Shown in pieces: positions 1 to 10,892 of a stretch of 64,000 nucleotides of DNA; position 1 is the first letter of the stretch; the number at the start of each line of letters is the position of its first letter. The translations under genes were made by a program, and so were the position numbers. The stretch covers positions 6,076,001-6,140,000 of the forward strand of contig OU015566.1 of the NCBI GenBank assembly GCA_907165135.1, read 5' to 3'. The notes below the pieces were generated by a model. The model searched no databases, had not been told where the DNA came from, and worked only from the letters and a program-made list of their open reading frames with translations. This DNA is from Oikopleura dioica (taxonomy: Eukaryota > Animalia > Chordata).

Positions 1-1
1 A

Positions 2-3000
2 AGCGAACTTCATGAACTCGCCCTTCGTTGTGTCCAGTATGAAGACGTCTTTGGAAGTTCTACTGACGAGCTTGGCCTGTTCTACAGACCCGTCCGAATC
101 CCGACAAATGGTGAATCTGTCAGCCGCAAGCAGCACCAGATCCCAGTCAACTTCAGAGGCTCAATGGACACGCACGTCCAAGAAATGCTCGATACTGGCG
201 TCACTGAGCTCTGCTCCGATCCACGTGGATTCAACTCGCCTCTGTTCTGCGTCCCGAAAAAGGATGGCTCCGCGCGTCCTGTGGCTAACTTCAAGAACAC
301 GCTCAACCGAGTCCTCGTCGACCCCGACCCGTATCACATGCCCAACCTGCGCGAGCTCTTCAACGAAATGCGCCCGGGCTACAAGTACCTTGCCGGCCTC
401 GATCTGAAGAGTGGCTACTGGCAAGTGGAAATCCACCCCGACGACAGGCACAAAACTGCCTTTTCATGGAACGGTCGCACCTTCCAATATCGTCGGCTCC
501 CATTTGGCCTCGCCACCGCAGGCCAAATTTTTCAAGGTGCGTTGGCGAGGCCCTAGAATCTCTCCCCGACACTTCTGGCATATTCTGCTACATCGACGAC
601 GTCTTGGTGGCAGCCAAATCCTTCTCCGACTACCTGGCGAAGCTTACCAGCCTGTTCGAAGCTGCCAGGCGATTTGGACTGCGTCTACACCCGAAAAAGT
701 GCGAGTTTTTGGCGCCCCAGGTGAAATTCCTGGGTAGAATCGTCTCGCCTAAGGGCATGTCCGTGGACCCAGAATATGTCGCTGGAGTTGATGCCTTTGT
801 TCAACCCACAAATCGCACTGAACTACGCGCACTTCTCGGCAAGCTCACCTTCATCCGAGAATTCCTCGAAACTCGAATGTCCGAGCGGATCGACACAAGT
901 TGCTTCTCGCAGCTTGTTTTTCAGCTCAACCAGCTCAACAAAGATGGCGATTTCACGTGGACCACAAAAGCCCAGGAAGCTTTTGAGCGCGTGAAAAAGC
1001 GGCTCCGTACAAGCCCAGTCATCTCGTTTCCCGATCCCTCACTCGACTTTCTTCTCTGCACTGATGCTTCTGCAGTTGCCGTCGGCGCCGTCCTACTTCA
1101 ACAGCAAGATGGATTCGATAGAATCGTCGGCGTCGCTTCTCAAACTCTCACTTCCGTCGAGCAGCGCTGGAGCTGCACGGAACGCGAGGCCTATGGCATT
1201 TTGTTTGGCGTCCGCAGATTTCAGTACTTCCTACGCGGCAAGCCCTTTGTGGTGAAAACCGACCATCGAGCTCTTCAATATATTGACTCGGTTGACCACA
1301 AGAACGCAAAACTGGCTCGCTGGATGGACGAACTGAGCGCGTACAGATTCATCGTCGAGTATCTCCCTGGCGAGCAAAACGTCTGGGCAGATCTCTTCTC
1401 GCGGCCCTTCGGTGTCAAAAAGGACCCTCCGTCTGACAATCAGAAGTCAGCCGGTAAATTCGTCGACTTCGGTGGCCTCCGCGCTTACATCCCCAGCTGG
1501 TGTACTAAGGATACTGTTATCCCGCCGAAATCCTCTCCCTCGAAACCGCTCCGCGAAGGTCTCACTCGCGCACTTACATGCTCCACTGGCGACGAGTTCA
1601 CCCTCAACCAGAATGTCGAGGATCTACTTCAACTTGCTAATGCCCAGCGCGCCGACTCGGGTTTGGCAAAGCTCATTGATGCTCTTGAAAAGCACAAACG
1701 CGACCCAAAGCAAGTTCTACTCGACAAACGCGATTCTAACTACGAATTGTATCGCGTCAACTGGCAGCATTTCCGCATTTGTTCCCGTACAAATGTACTT
1801 CTCCACGTGCGCAATGGTAAAAAGCGCCAAGTTTTACCGCCTAAACTCGCGATCGAGCAACTTCGAAAAGCTCATGACAACTCAGCTCACCCTGGTGTAC
1901 CTCGAGTTATTGAAGCTCTCAGCAGCTACTGGTGGCCTCGCTACATGGAAGATGCACAAAACTACGTGCAGAGCTGCATGATTTGCGCGAAGCGTAAAGG
2001 TAACCAAGGGCAAGTGGCTCTACCTCAAATGCAACATGTTCCCCGCGGCTCTAAGCCCTTCGAAACGATCATGATCGACTTCACCGTCTTCCCCAACTGT
2101 GCTGGCAAACGCTTCTGCTGCACCGTGCTCGACACATTCACGCGATTTTTCGTCGCTCGAGCTTGCACTGGGGAGCGAGCGATCGATGCTGCACGCACAA
2201 TCGTCGAAGAGGTGGTTCTACGGCATCAAGTTGTGCCAAAAATCGTCAGTTCTGACCGTGGTACCGCATTCGTCTCTGCTACTATGAAGGAACTCTATTC
2301 TCAACTTGGTATCACGCCGCAGTATCACACCGCTTATCGCCCTGAATCTACTGGTAATCTTGAAAGGTCCCACAGAACCTTCAAGGACATGATTTTCATG
2401 TTGACTCATGAGCGAAACATGACTTGGGTTGATGCTGTCCCTTACTGCGTCGCCTTCATGAACTCTCACAGGAACAGATCTACTGGTCAGGTACCTCATA
2501 CTCTCGTTACTGGCCGTCGTCCTAACTTCACAGTTCCTGAAACTCTACACGACCCCGATGTACGCTCTAACTCGCCTGAAACTTACGGCAAAATCGTCAA
2601 GAAGCGGATTCAAATGCTCTCGAAATTGGCGAAAATCGCCAACCGCTCCGCTGACCTGGCTCTAGAACGCCAACATAAGCGTCTTCATCGCGCTCGCCTT
2701 CTTAAATACGGCGACATGGTTCATCTCTACAGACCCGTCACTAAGGCTGCCAAGGACTCCAACTGTAACTGGATAGGCCCTTACAAAGTCGTAAAAGCCT
2801 CCGAATCTGTGGTGAAAATCGTCGACGGAGCCGACTTTTGTGACTGGGTTCACCGATCTCATCTGCGTCTGGTACCTCCGCGCAAGGATCATCTAAAATC
2901 TCCCTCCGACCGCGCTTTAGAACAAGAGCTCATCTGTGGCGATGATCTTGATTCTCCTCAAAATCGACCGGTTGGCGCTTCTGGTTCATATTCTGAACCT

Positions 3001-3420
3001 CTAGCAAAATTACCAAAGGTTGGGAGGCCGGCTGCTGAAAAGCAAAAAACAACCTCTGGCAAGTCTACTAGAAAAAAGAGGAAAAGAGCGAGTCCCGACT
3101 CGTCACCTGATCCGAAGCGTCAAAATACTGCTTCAATTCCTCCCTCGACTGCTAGAAATTCGACCGCGCCCGCCCCATCAACGTCAACTTCAACTACGCC
3201 TCGCTCGACCGACTTGGTAGAAAATGATGTTCAAGATTTACCTGTTGAGACGACTTCCGCTCCTCGTTGTAGTGCGGCAGACTCTCTAAATGGGCATCAT
3301 TTGTCTTCTTCGTCAGCTGATCTTTCTTCTATCTTCGAAAATCTCACCGTCCGTGGCGGTCGGATCAGGAAAAAACCTTCTCCGATACAAGTTGATCCAA
3401 CTCGCAAGAGTTACTCGTAG
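2..3420 (+). CDS. pol: Ty3/gypsy pol (RT-RNase H-integrase), 5'-truncated by the window edge, with a 1-nt frameshift in RT at ~528-532
   Basis: Frame 2 is open from base 2 (FNSPLFCVPKKDG, LDLKSGYWQV, YRRLPFGL). ORF 466-3420 carries YIDD, RNase H (TDAS..AVGAVL, EREAYGI), the integrase zinc finger (AHDNSAHPG..C..C) and DDE core (IMIDF, SDRGTAF, GNLERSHRTFK), then GPY and an S/T/P-rich basic tail. Confidence 0.95.
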
Positions 3421-3430
3421 AAAGGAGAAG
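3419..3430 (+). other. Putative polypurine tract of gypsy element 1
   Basis: AGAAAGGAGAAG immediately at and after the pol stop codon. Confidence 0.5.
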
Positions 3431-4072
3431 TTTTCTTCAAAAGAAAACTCGTCTCGCGCGAGTCTACTTCTTCTCGCACTCTGATTGGCTGTCGCTGTCC
3501 GGAAATGGTTCGATCTTCGTCCGACATTTCTCGACTTTTCGTCTCTACGCTGGTGCAATTCCGACGCCGCGCTGTGCTGATTGGCCGCCTTTCCTTTCTC
3601 CTTTCCCTTCTGCTCAACTACGATGACTCATCTCTCCGACTTCAACTCTTCAACTGAAGATTCTCGAAACGTCTCTAGAATCTGGGGAGCTGTGAGGTCT
3701 AAGTGCTTAAGTCGGTTAGAGATCTGATCTGGATCTCGCGCCGCGCTCTTCTCTGCCACTTTTACGTTCACTGCTTCAGTCCGCGCACAGTAAAAGTGCA
3801 GAATACACGCTTTCTCGGAAACTACTTTCCTTGTGTTTTTATTGAAGATACAACAGAGGCTACGACTAGCTGCAAGAGAACCGTCTAGTATAGAGAGCAC
3901 TACAGCAGTACTTAGACGCTTACAATGATCTCATAATTTTTTATTATATTCTAGTGCCAAGAAATTCGTCCTCACAATCATATTCAAAACTACGGGTTCT
4001 TCTTCTTGAAGATAATTTCAGAAGGAAATAACAGTTGATTAGATTTGGTAGACCCTACTTGATATTAGAACT
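3429..4072 (+). mobile_element. Putative 3' LTR of gypsy element 1 (boundaries tentative)
   Basis: Non-coding sequence following the PPT, with CCAAT-type boxes (ctgattggc at ~3481 and ~3578) and possible AGTT...AACT ends. No second LTR is in the window to confirm. Confidence 0.35.
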
Positions 4073-4089
4073 CAATGAATCAGACTTCA

Positions 4090-4349
4090 GAGCCAGAAAA
4101 GACGCGACTGCCAGAAAGAACGCGATGCCAGAAAAGACGCATTTCTCAAAAGTGCCAGAAAAAACGCGCACCCGAACTGAGCTGAGCTAGCTGAGCTGAG
4201 GTTCAAATTGAGCTAGCTGAGCTGAGCTCGCTCTTATCGAAGAACCATTGAGCTGAACTGAGCTAGCTTTCTTCAGAAAAAATGAGCTGAGCTGACCCTC
4301 ACCTCAAAATCGCTGAGCTGAGCTACAGCTCACAAAATTTGCAACTCTG
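4090..4349. mobile_element. Right end of an (AGCTG)n-rich hAT-like MITE, preceded by ~17-bp GCCAGAAAAGACGCG tandem repeats
   Basis: Ends in AAATTTGCAACTCTG, the same terminus as the complete copy at 37107-37531. No left TIR found. Confidence 0.6.
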
Positions 4350-5895
4350 GTTAAAGGCAAAAAGGTTTTACAGATTTTTATGCTTGTTCGCGATAAAGGT
4401 TGTCTTTTCCCCGTTTTCTTCGAACCTAATTAAACTTCCTCTTGCATCCACTAGGTAGTGTTCGCCGTTGAGAAAAGATGCACCAATTGCCTTTTTTGTT
4501 TTTCCCTGACTGAAATTATTTGAAGCAAGTTTCATTATTGATGGAGAGAAAAACGTTCATGAGGCAGGAAATAATTTTTCCCAAAGTTGACCTCTTGTCT
4601 CGTTAGATTGACGCTTGTGAAATCGGTTAAAAGAAGTGTGAAAGCTTTGACTTCTGCCTCGCGATCTTTGCGGCGCCCAGTGATAGCTCTGAATTTTGAC
4701 TTTTCATCTTTGTCTTCTTCTTTTTTATCTTCGAATGGAGGCTTCAAATTTGTATATATTCCGATGAACATCATCGTTCTAGGAAGTTTTGAAAGAAAGT
4801 AAGTATGAAAGATTATTCATAAAATATATCAATAAAAAGTTGAAGCTTCCTGAAAGCTCCAGCTCTTCAATTTTTATTGTCTCATATTTTTCAAGATCGA
4901 AAACGGGAATCATTTTTTGGTTGTCCCTCAGTTTCTCGCACTTGTAGTACGGACAAGGGCATCCATTTTTGCAGTACTTCTCAGTCGGGCAAACAGCCCC
5001 AGCAGACTCGAAAGAACGAGTGAGCTGAAAGCAAATTGACTCACAAGGCGAAATCGGCTTATTTCTGCTTGAATCCAAGACAAGTGTTTTGGAACAGAAA
5101 AAACGACAAGCTTTCTGATCGTAAAACTTTTTCTTTTTGCAGCGGCGCAGGTTTACTTCGTTTTCTTCTTTTGAAAATTTATCGGGCTCTTTACTTATTT
5201 CGTCGATTTTGGAAACTGGAGTTGGAAGTTTGAACTGTTTTGTTTCATAACATTGCTTTTTCAGAGTTTGACGTAACGGATAAATAGCCCCTTTTTGAGG
5301 AATTTAAAACTCTTTCTTCATGAGATGTCCGCAAAAATCCATAGTCTCTATCCGCACGCAAATTTTATAGTTACGATGACAAGTGGTCGTCAGATAAGTT
5401 CTGACTGCTCTTGATTTTTCCAGAGATCGTAAATTCGCTTTAAGAATCTTCAATAAATTGTAATAACTTGATGCTTTTCGAAAGCCAGAAAGCGCCCGCG
5501 CACAAGTTTACTCCACTATTTATCTAACTTTGAAGAATGAACCGTACCGAGGAGCATGATCGTAATCCAGAAAATTGAACCCAATCCAAGATAGGTCCCC
5601 ATTTGCGGCATGGTTGAAAAGCCGTGCTCAGCAAAGCTCAATTTCCCAGTCATCTTTTTCTTCCATGTTTTCTCCTTTTTCAAATCTTCTTCTTGAGTTC
5701 GAATGCTTCGGGTTGTCAAAACTTCTTCCGGAAATAAAAACACCTCTTTGCCCTTTTTTCTCAAAACGCCAAAACAATCACAATCGAGGCACTTGGTTTT
5801 AAAAAGTTATTTTTTATTATTTGCCTTGAAATTACCCGAATTTTAGTTTTGAAAAAAAGTTTTTTAACTCTCTCATTTTCGCCTTCGTTTTCCAT
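4350..5895 (-). pseudogene. Multi-exon type-II membrane protein gene with Cys-rich segment (CPTEKYCKNGCPCPYYKCEK) and the start of Kelch-like repeats; 3' end apparently cut by the TE block
   Basis: ORFs 5516-5764 (one TM segment), 4779-5078 and 4535-4774 can be joined through short introns. The last readable frame (SFLNGEHYLVD...) runs into the MITE terminus at 4349. Confidence 0.4.
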
Positions 5896-6074
5896 AGCGA
5901 GTGATTTGAAAAAGCAAAAAAAGCAACTTCATACCGGCGAAAAATACGGGAAGATCTCTCGTTTACGAGCTTGTCGAGAACTGCGACAGTTTAATGCCAC
6001 TTCGGAGATAAGCTAATGAAGCAAGAGTGATACAGTGAAAATTCAAATTTCCCCGCTTTGAATTTCCGCCGCTT

Positions 6075-6160
6075 TTTCAAAAATCACTGAGCGGAGCTGG
6101 GCGACTGCTAAACTCACTCAGCTAGCTCAGCTTACTCAGCTCAGCAAAGTTGCAACTTTG
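6075..6160 (-). mobile_element. Fragment of the left arm of the 37107 hAT-like MITE family
   Basis: Reverse complement aligns by eye with 37107-37195 (CA(A/G)AGTTGCAA..TTGCTGAGCTGAG...AGTGATTTT). Confidence 0.6.
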
Positions 6161-6203
6161 AGTAAAAGTGATGTGAGTAAAATGAAATGCTTCTCCTTAT
6201 TAT

Positions 6204-7333
6204 TTATTTCTGCTGCAATACTCCTGAATAAACAGTACCTTCGAACTCAACAGTAACTTTCACTTTCTTTTCGCAAGTTAAAGGAATTTCAGAAGTCCAT
6301 GGAAGCGATCTTTTTCCATTTTGGAAACTCGGAATCGGACGATACAAAGAACTAAACGAATCTATTTCCTTCTCTTTCGAACAAACCAACCTAAAGGGTT
6401 GATGCAGTCGCAACACATGAGGAATTATTTGCGACTGAAAAGGGTTGATGAGCGGTTCTAATGAGCGATCGTTGTTTCTTCTGTTGTCTCTTTTGTTCCC
6501 GTCGATGGCATTTTGTAAATCTTCGAATGATGAGAGATTTTCCTTGTGACATTCAAATGGGTACAAATATTTCATGTACTTTTGAAAGCCTAATAATTTG
6601 AAGAAAAACGAAACCATCCCTCTTTTGGCTTTTTTCCTGAGTTCTGAGCGTAAAAGCCGCAGAAGTAATGGAATTCGGGAGCTTCAATCCTTTTGTTATC
6701 TCTCGCCAGATTTTTCTCTGGATAACTTCTACCAGTCCTCCTCTTTCTACCACAAGCGTGTACAAGCTGAACAGGTCCAGGACTTGCTTCGCCATCACTT
6801 TATGAAGATTTTCAAACGCTAAGAAAGATGACTAGATGACCTGGAACACGAGCAATCGGAGTCCTTCTTTTAGTCATGAATTCAAAAAGTTCAGTAAGAA
6901 ATTTTCTTCTCTCTTCGCTATCGTCCAGTTTATACAGCTCCTGAAAAAATATCTCCCTAATTTTTTTTCACTAGAGTTTTGGGGGTGGCGTCAGGAAGCG
7001 ACAAAAAAATTTCGACAAATTTTGTGTGGGCGGCTACTTAGCTGCTGATTGGCCGGTAGGCTGAATCCAGGCTTCCGATTGGTTCAAAATTTCCACGCAA
7101 AATTTGTCAAAATTTTTTGTCCGTTCCTGCTTCCTCCCCAGTCTGCGTACTACGCAGTGCGTAGGCTAAACCTGGTAAGGCAAAAATCATACCCGAAATT
7201 GATCTTCGTAAATCGACTCGTTTTTCGTGGAATCATCCCTTGTTATCTTATTAAAAGCGTTTGTTTGTCCACTTTGTTTCGAAAAGAATCTTACCTTGTC
7301 GACAGAATGCGAAATGCTCTCTTTCGGCTCCAT
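6204..7333 (-). CDS. ARID3: ARID3/dead ringer-like transcription factor (ARID domain plus REKLES-beta-like C-terminus)
   Basis: Spliced translation ELYKLDDSEERRKFLTELFEFMTKRRTPIARVP|VMAKQVLDLFSLYTLVVERGGLVEVIQRKIWREITKGLKLPNSITSAAFTLRTQ|YMKYLYPFEC matches the Dri/ARID3 ARID from recall. C-terminal VTVEFEGTVYSGVL. Exon 1 (7295-7333) is tentative. Confidence 0.9.
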
Positions 7334-7866
7334 AATACCAAATTGAAATACTAAGTAGCGGATTAGCTATTTCAAGCAATCCTGGAAAATGGAGATCGTC
7401 ACTCTTGACGGCCCTCTGAAGATGATTGTAAAAATCAGAGATGAGGATCGACAAGCTCAAAGGACAGCTATTGTCAAAACATCCAAAGTGTGTTCAACAA
7501 GCGCCGCTGAAAAGATACTCAATATCATATTTACCAAATATCCGCCAGCATTTTTATTTTTCGCCAATAATAAAAATAACCCTCAAAGCCCAGGGATTCC
7601 ACAACCGAAGCCCAAGCGTTGTCTTATTTGGAAAAGATGTCTTGGAAACGTGGCGGAGATGCGAAGATTGATTGCGGAACGAATGCCGAGGAGATATCTA
7701 AAATTATGATTAGCAACAAAATTTTAGATAGTTTCACGTTCAATACGTATCTGAATATCTTTTCGAAGCGAAAAATATACAAGTCTGCAAGCCAATAATT
7801 CAAGGGATTTCAATCGAAAACCAAGCGTCTAGCTTATTATTATCACAAGCCATTTTTAGGGTTATC

Positions 7867-7997
7867 CTGAGCACGGCAACCTGTGTAGAAAACCACGATT
7901 AAGATCTGAAAGGTTACGCCAGAATACAAAAATTGATTAGAATGGTTATTATGCGAAAATTTTTAAATGACCCTGACTCAGATTTAATTCACAGGTT
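7867..7997. mobile_element. Degenerate copy of the CTGGGCTCGGCAACC MITE family with an interrupted right TIR
   Basis: Left arm CTGAGCACGGCAACCTGTGTAGAAAACC; right arm GACCCTGACTCAG...CACAGGTT, then telomere-like repeats. Confidence 0.55.
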
Positions 7998-8909
7998 AGG
8001 GTTAGGGTTACGTGAACGAGGGGACGAGTACCCCCGTTCGCCGATTTCCTTGAACAAGGGTACCAGTATCCCCGTTCGCTCTTTTTCTCGAAAAATCAAG
8101 GAAGCATTTTACCTGGGGAACTCCGATGATCAACGAATCTGAGTGCCCTGGATTAGCAATAGAAGAACACATGCGATCAGTGCAAGAGAGGGACAGATAG
8201 ATCGAGTCATGTGACACTTGCGAGTTGAAAAATCCGGAAAAAACCCTACTGACCCGGTAATTAAAGGCCCGGAAATCCAATATGCCCAAGATGGCCCAGA
8301 TTCTACGAATTCTCAACTCGTGAATAGAAAAGGAAAAAAGATGCCATTCGCAACAATAACTCAATTAGCCACACTCAAACAGGAAGATTTAAATTTTATA
8401 TAAGAAGGCTCTGACGCTTTATGACTAATTTTTGCGTGCGTTTTTACGCTCGTTTGTGTTTATTGAAATCCTTGTTATGAGGCTCGCCGGAAGTGTTGCG
8501 TGAGATATTTCCCTTGATGATTTGGCCAATTTAGCATTATTAAACTTGCGAATCGGTGAAAACCAGCGCCGTAAGAATTTAGTCATACATTTCTAATTCT
8601 GAAGGTTAAGTTTGATTTACTGACTTATCGGGTACCCTCATTCATGATGGAAAGCAAACAAGGGTACGGTACCCTCATGACCGCATACCACCACCTGAAG
8701 AAGTCAATGCTTTGGTGCTGAAAGTAACCTTCACCGTTGAACAAATCTTATGTAGAGCTTACATTTTTAGAGTAGTCGGGGGCCCCGACTCGGGGGTAAT
8801 CATTCGAGCAGCCCCTAACCCTAATCCTAAACAAGGTGGCAAACGCCCCCAGGACTCCACAGCTTTGGCCTAAACCAGGGGGCTTCGACCCTAGTCCCTA
8901 AACCTAACC
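7994..8909. repeat. ~0.9-kb non-coding segment bounded by inverted telomere-like repeats
   Basis: GGTTAGGGTTAGGG at 7994-8007, CCCTAACCCTAATCCTAA at 8813-8830, CCCTAAACCTAACC at 8896-8909, and a GC-rich palindrome GTCGGGGGCCCCGAC at ~8774-8788. Confidence 0.4.
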
Positions 8910-9489
8910 ACTAGCCCAGATCCTAGAGATATTGGATGGCTCGAATCATAGGCTCGAATAAAAACCCCTCTTTACGATTTTTACCGCCACTGAACTCCAG
9001 TTACTTCTGTTTATTCTGAAGAGAAACAGATCGAATGAATTATGGCAAGAATTGATAAAGAATTAATGACGCTACGCCATCGAATTTTCACGAGTTTTCA
9101 AAAACCGGCAAGAAGATTGAAGCTTTCCAATTCTTTTTAAACTCTTTAATTTCAAGTGGTCTAATCAGCTGCCTCCAAAAAGCAGTCAGCATCCGTCAAA
9201 ATCGCCACCGCGATTAGGTTCCAGCCACTTAAAAATTCTTAATTTTCTGACGTCAATTGAAGAGTTTATCTTGTTTACCTATAGAATTGATAATTCTTTC
9301 TAAAATCTTTAGCTAATTCGCCGCTTCGCCTAAGTTCTACTCAGCGATAATGACGCAACCCAAAACAGAACAGCGCCGATAAAGCTTTTTTTCACGCGAT
9401 GGCGCTCAAAAATTCAATGCTATAAATACCGCCGGATTTTTGTCCGTGGCTCATAATCTTTTTCAAGAGAGAAAAAAGACCTGCAAAAA

Positions 9490-10680
9490 ATGAAGCTCTC
9501 CAGCCTCGTTGTTATTTCCGCCGCCACAGCTGGTCGAATCGACAAATGCAACAACATCATTTCCTTTTTGGAAACTCAGGGGATCTCCGCTGAAAACAGG
9601 GTCCACAGAAGAATTCAGGAATTCAAGGAGGTGCTCTACCCGATCGTCAAGGATCGAGCGCAATTCTGCGGCACCGAAGACGTCAACGAGCGAGTCGAGA
9701 TGGAAGAACTCGACGAGGTTGAGCAGAGAATGACTTTTGACAACGTCGATAACAAGGTAAACCCCCTTAATTTTTTCTCTCCCTCATGAAATTTCTAGAT
9801 CCAAGTCTGCTTCGACCTCTGGGACGAGTACATCAACCGGAAACTCCCCGCCGACGCGTGCCCGAATCTCAACTCGAAAGCAAACCGCAAGCTTCGAAAA
9901 TTCACTGATCAGCTCCAACGAGGCGCTGAAAAAGCCCAGCTCCGAGCTACCGGTCTTTTCCGATCAGGTGAATTTAAAGTGGAAAAACTCGCTTTTAACT
10001 CGTTTCCAGGCCGGCGGCCAAAATTGACCGAGGAAGAAAAAGCCGTCAGAGATGAAAATCGCGAGGCAAAGCAAGCTAGAAAAGCAGAGAAACAAGAGCG
10101 AAAACGTATGGTTCTAAATTTATGCTCATTTTCTGAAAAAAATTCTTAGAAACTCGACTTACAGTCAAAGAAGCGAACGAAGCTCAGCGAAAATTGAAGC
10201 AAGACAAAAAGAAGAAGTCTCAGGATAAGAAACAAGCTTCCCAGGACAAGAAAGCCGAGAAACAGGCGAAAAAGGTAAACAAATTTAGTTGAAGCGGATT
10301 CATTAATTTTCTAGAGCGACAAAGCAAGCAAGCCAAAGAAGAACAAGAAGCCTTCTAAGGAAGAGCCAGTCGTTGAAGAACCAGTTGCTGAGGAGCCAGT
10401 TATTGATGGGGTTCTCGTAGAAGCTGTTGTTGTTGAGGAGGTCGTCGACGACGTTGTCGTGGAAGAAGAAGCTGCTGATGAGGAGCCAGTTGCTTACGAA
10501 TACGTCTATGATGGTGCTGCCAGCTCAAGTGTCGAAGAAACAGTCGCCGAAGCTGCCGCTGAGGAAGCTGCTACCGAAGAAGCTGCCGTAGCAGAAGACG
10601 AAGACAAATCCTCTGAGGACTCCAAAAAGAAGAAAAAGTTTGGCGGTAAAAAGAAGGGCAAGAAGAACAAAGAAGAATAA
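9490..10680 (+). CDS. Secreted protein (~340 aa, 5 exons): 4-Cys helical N-domain, Lys-rich block, Glu/Ala/Val-rich acidic block, basic tail
   Basis: Exons 9490-9756, 9799-9967, 10010-10105, 10150-10274 and 10315-10680 sum to 1023 nt with GT-AG introns of 40-44 bp. Signal peptide MKLSSLVVISAATA; TATAAATA at ~9420. Confidence 0.85.
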
Positions 10681-10892
10681 AGCTTTTGAAATCTTTCCTT
10701 TCAATTATCTGACAACAATCCTGCATCAATAACTTTTTAATGCTTTCTAAGTTCAACTTGCTTTGCCCCCGATATTTTGCTTTCTGTATAATAAAATTTA
10801 TAACAAATATTTTATTCGATTTTTTATTGAAATAAATAGAAGCAAGGGATTTTATTTACAGAGAACACAATTTTACGGTAATTTTTTTCAAA

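Noticed and set aside
7389-7709. 106-aa plus-strand ORF
   Set aside because: No recognisable domain or splice support; may be a real exon but cannot be supported.
7994-8010. True telomere or chromosome-fusion site
   Set aside because: Only 2-3 units and not head-to-head; kept only as a possible element terminus.
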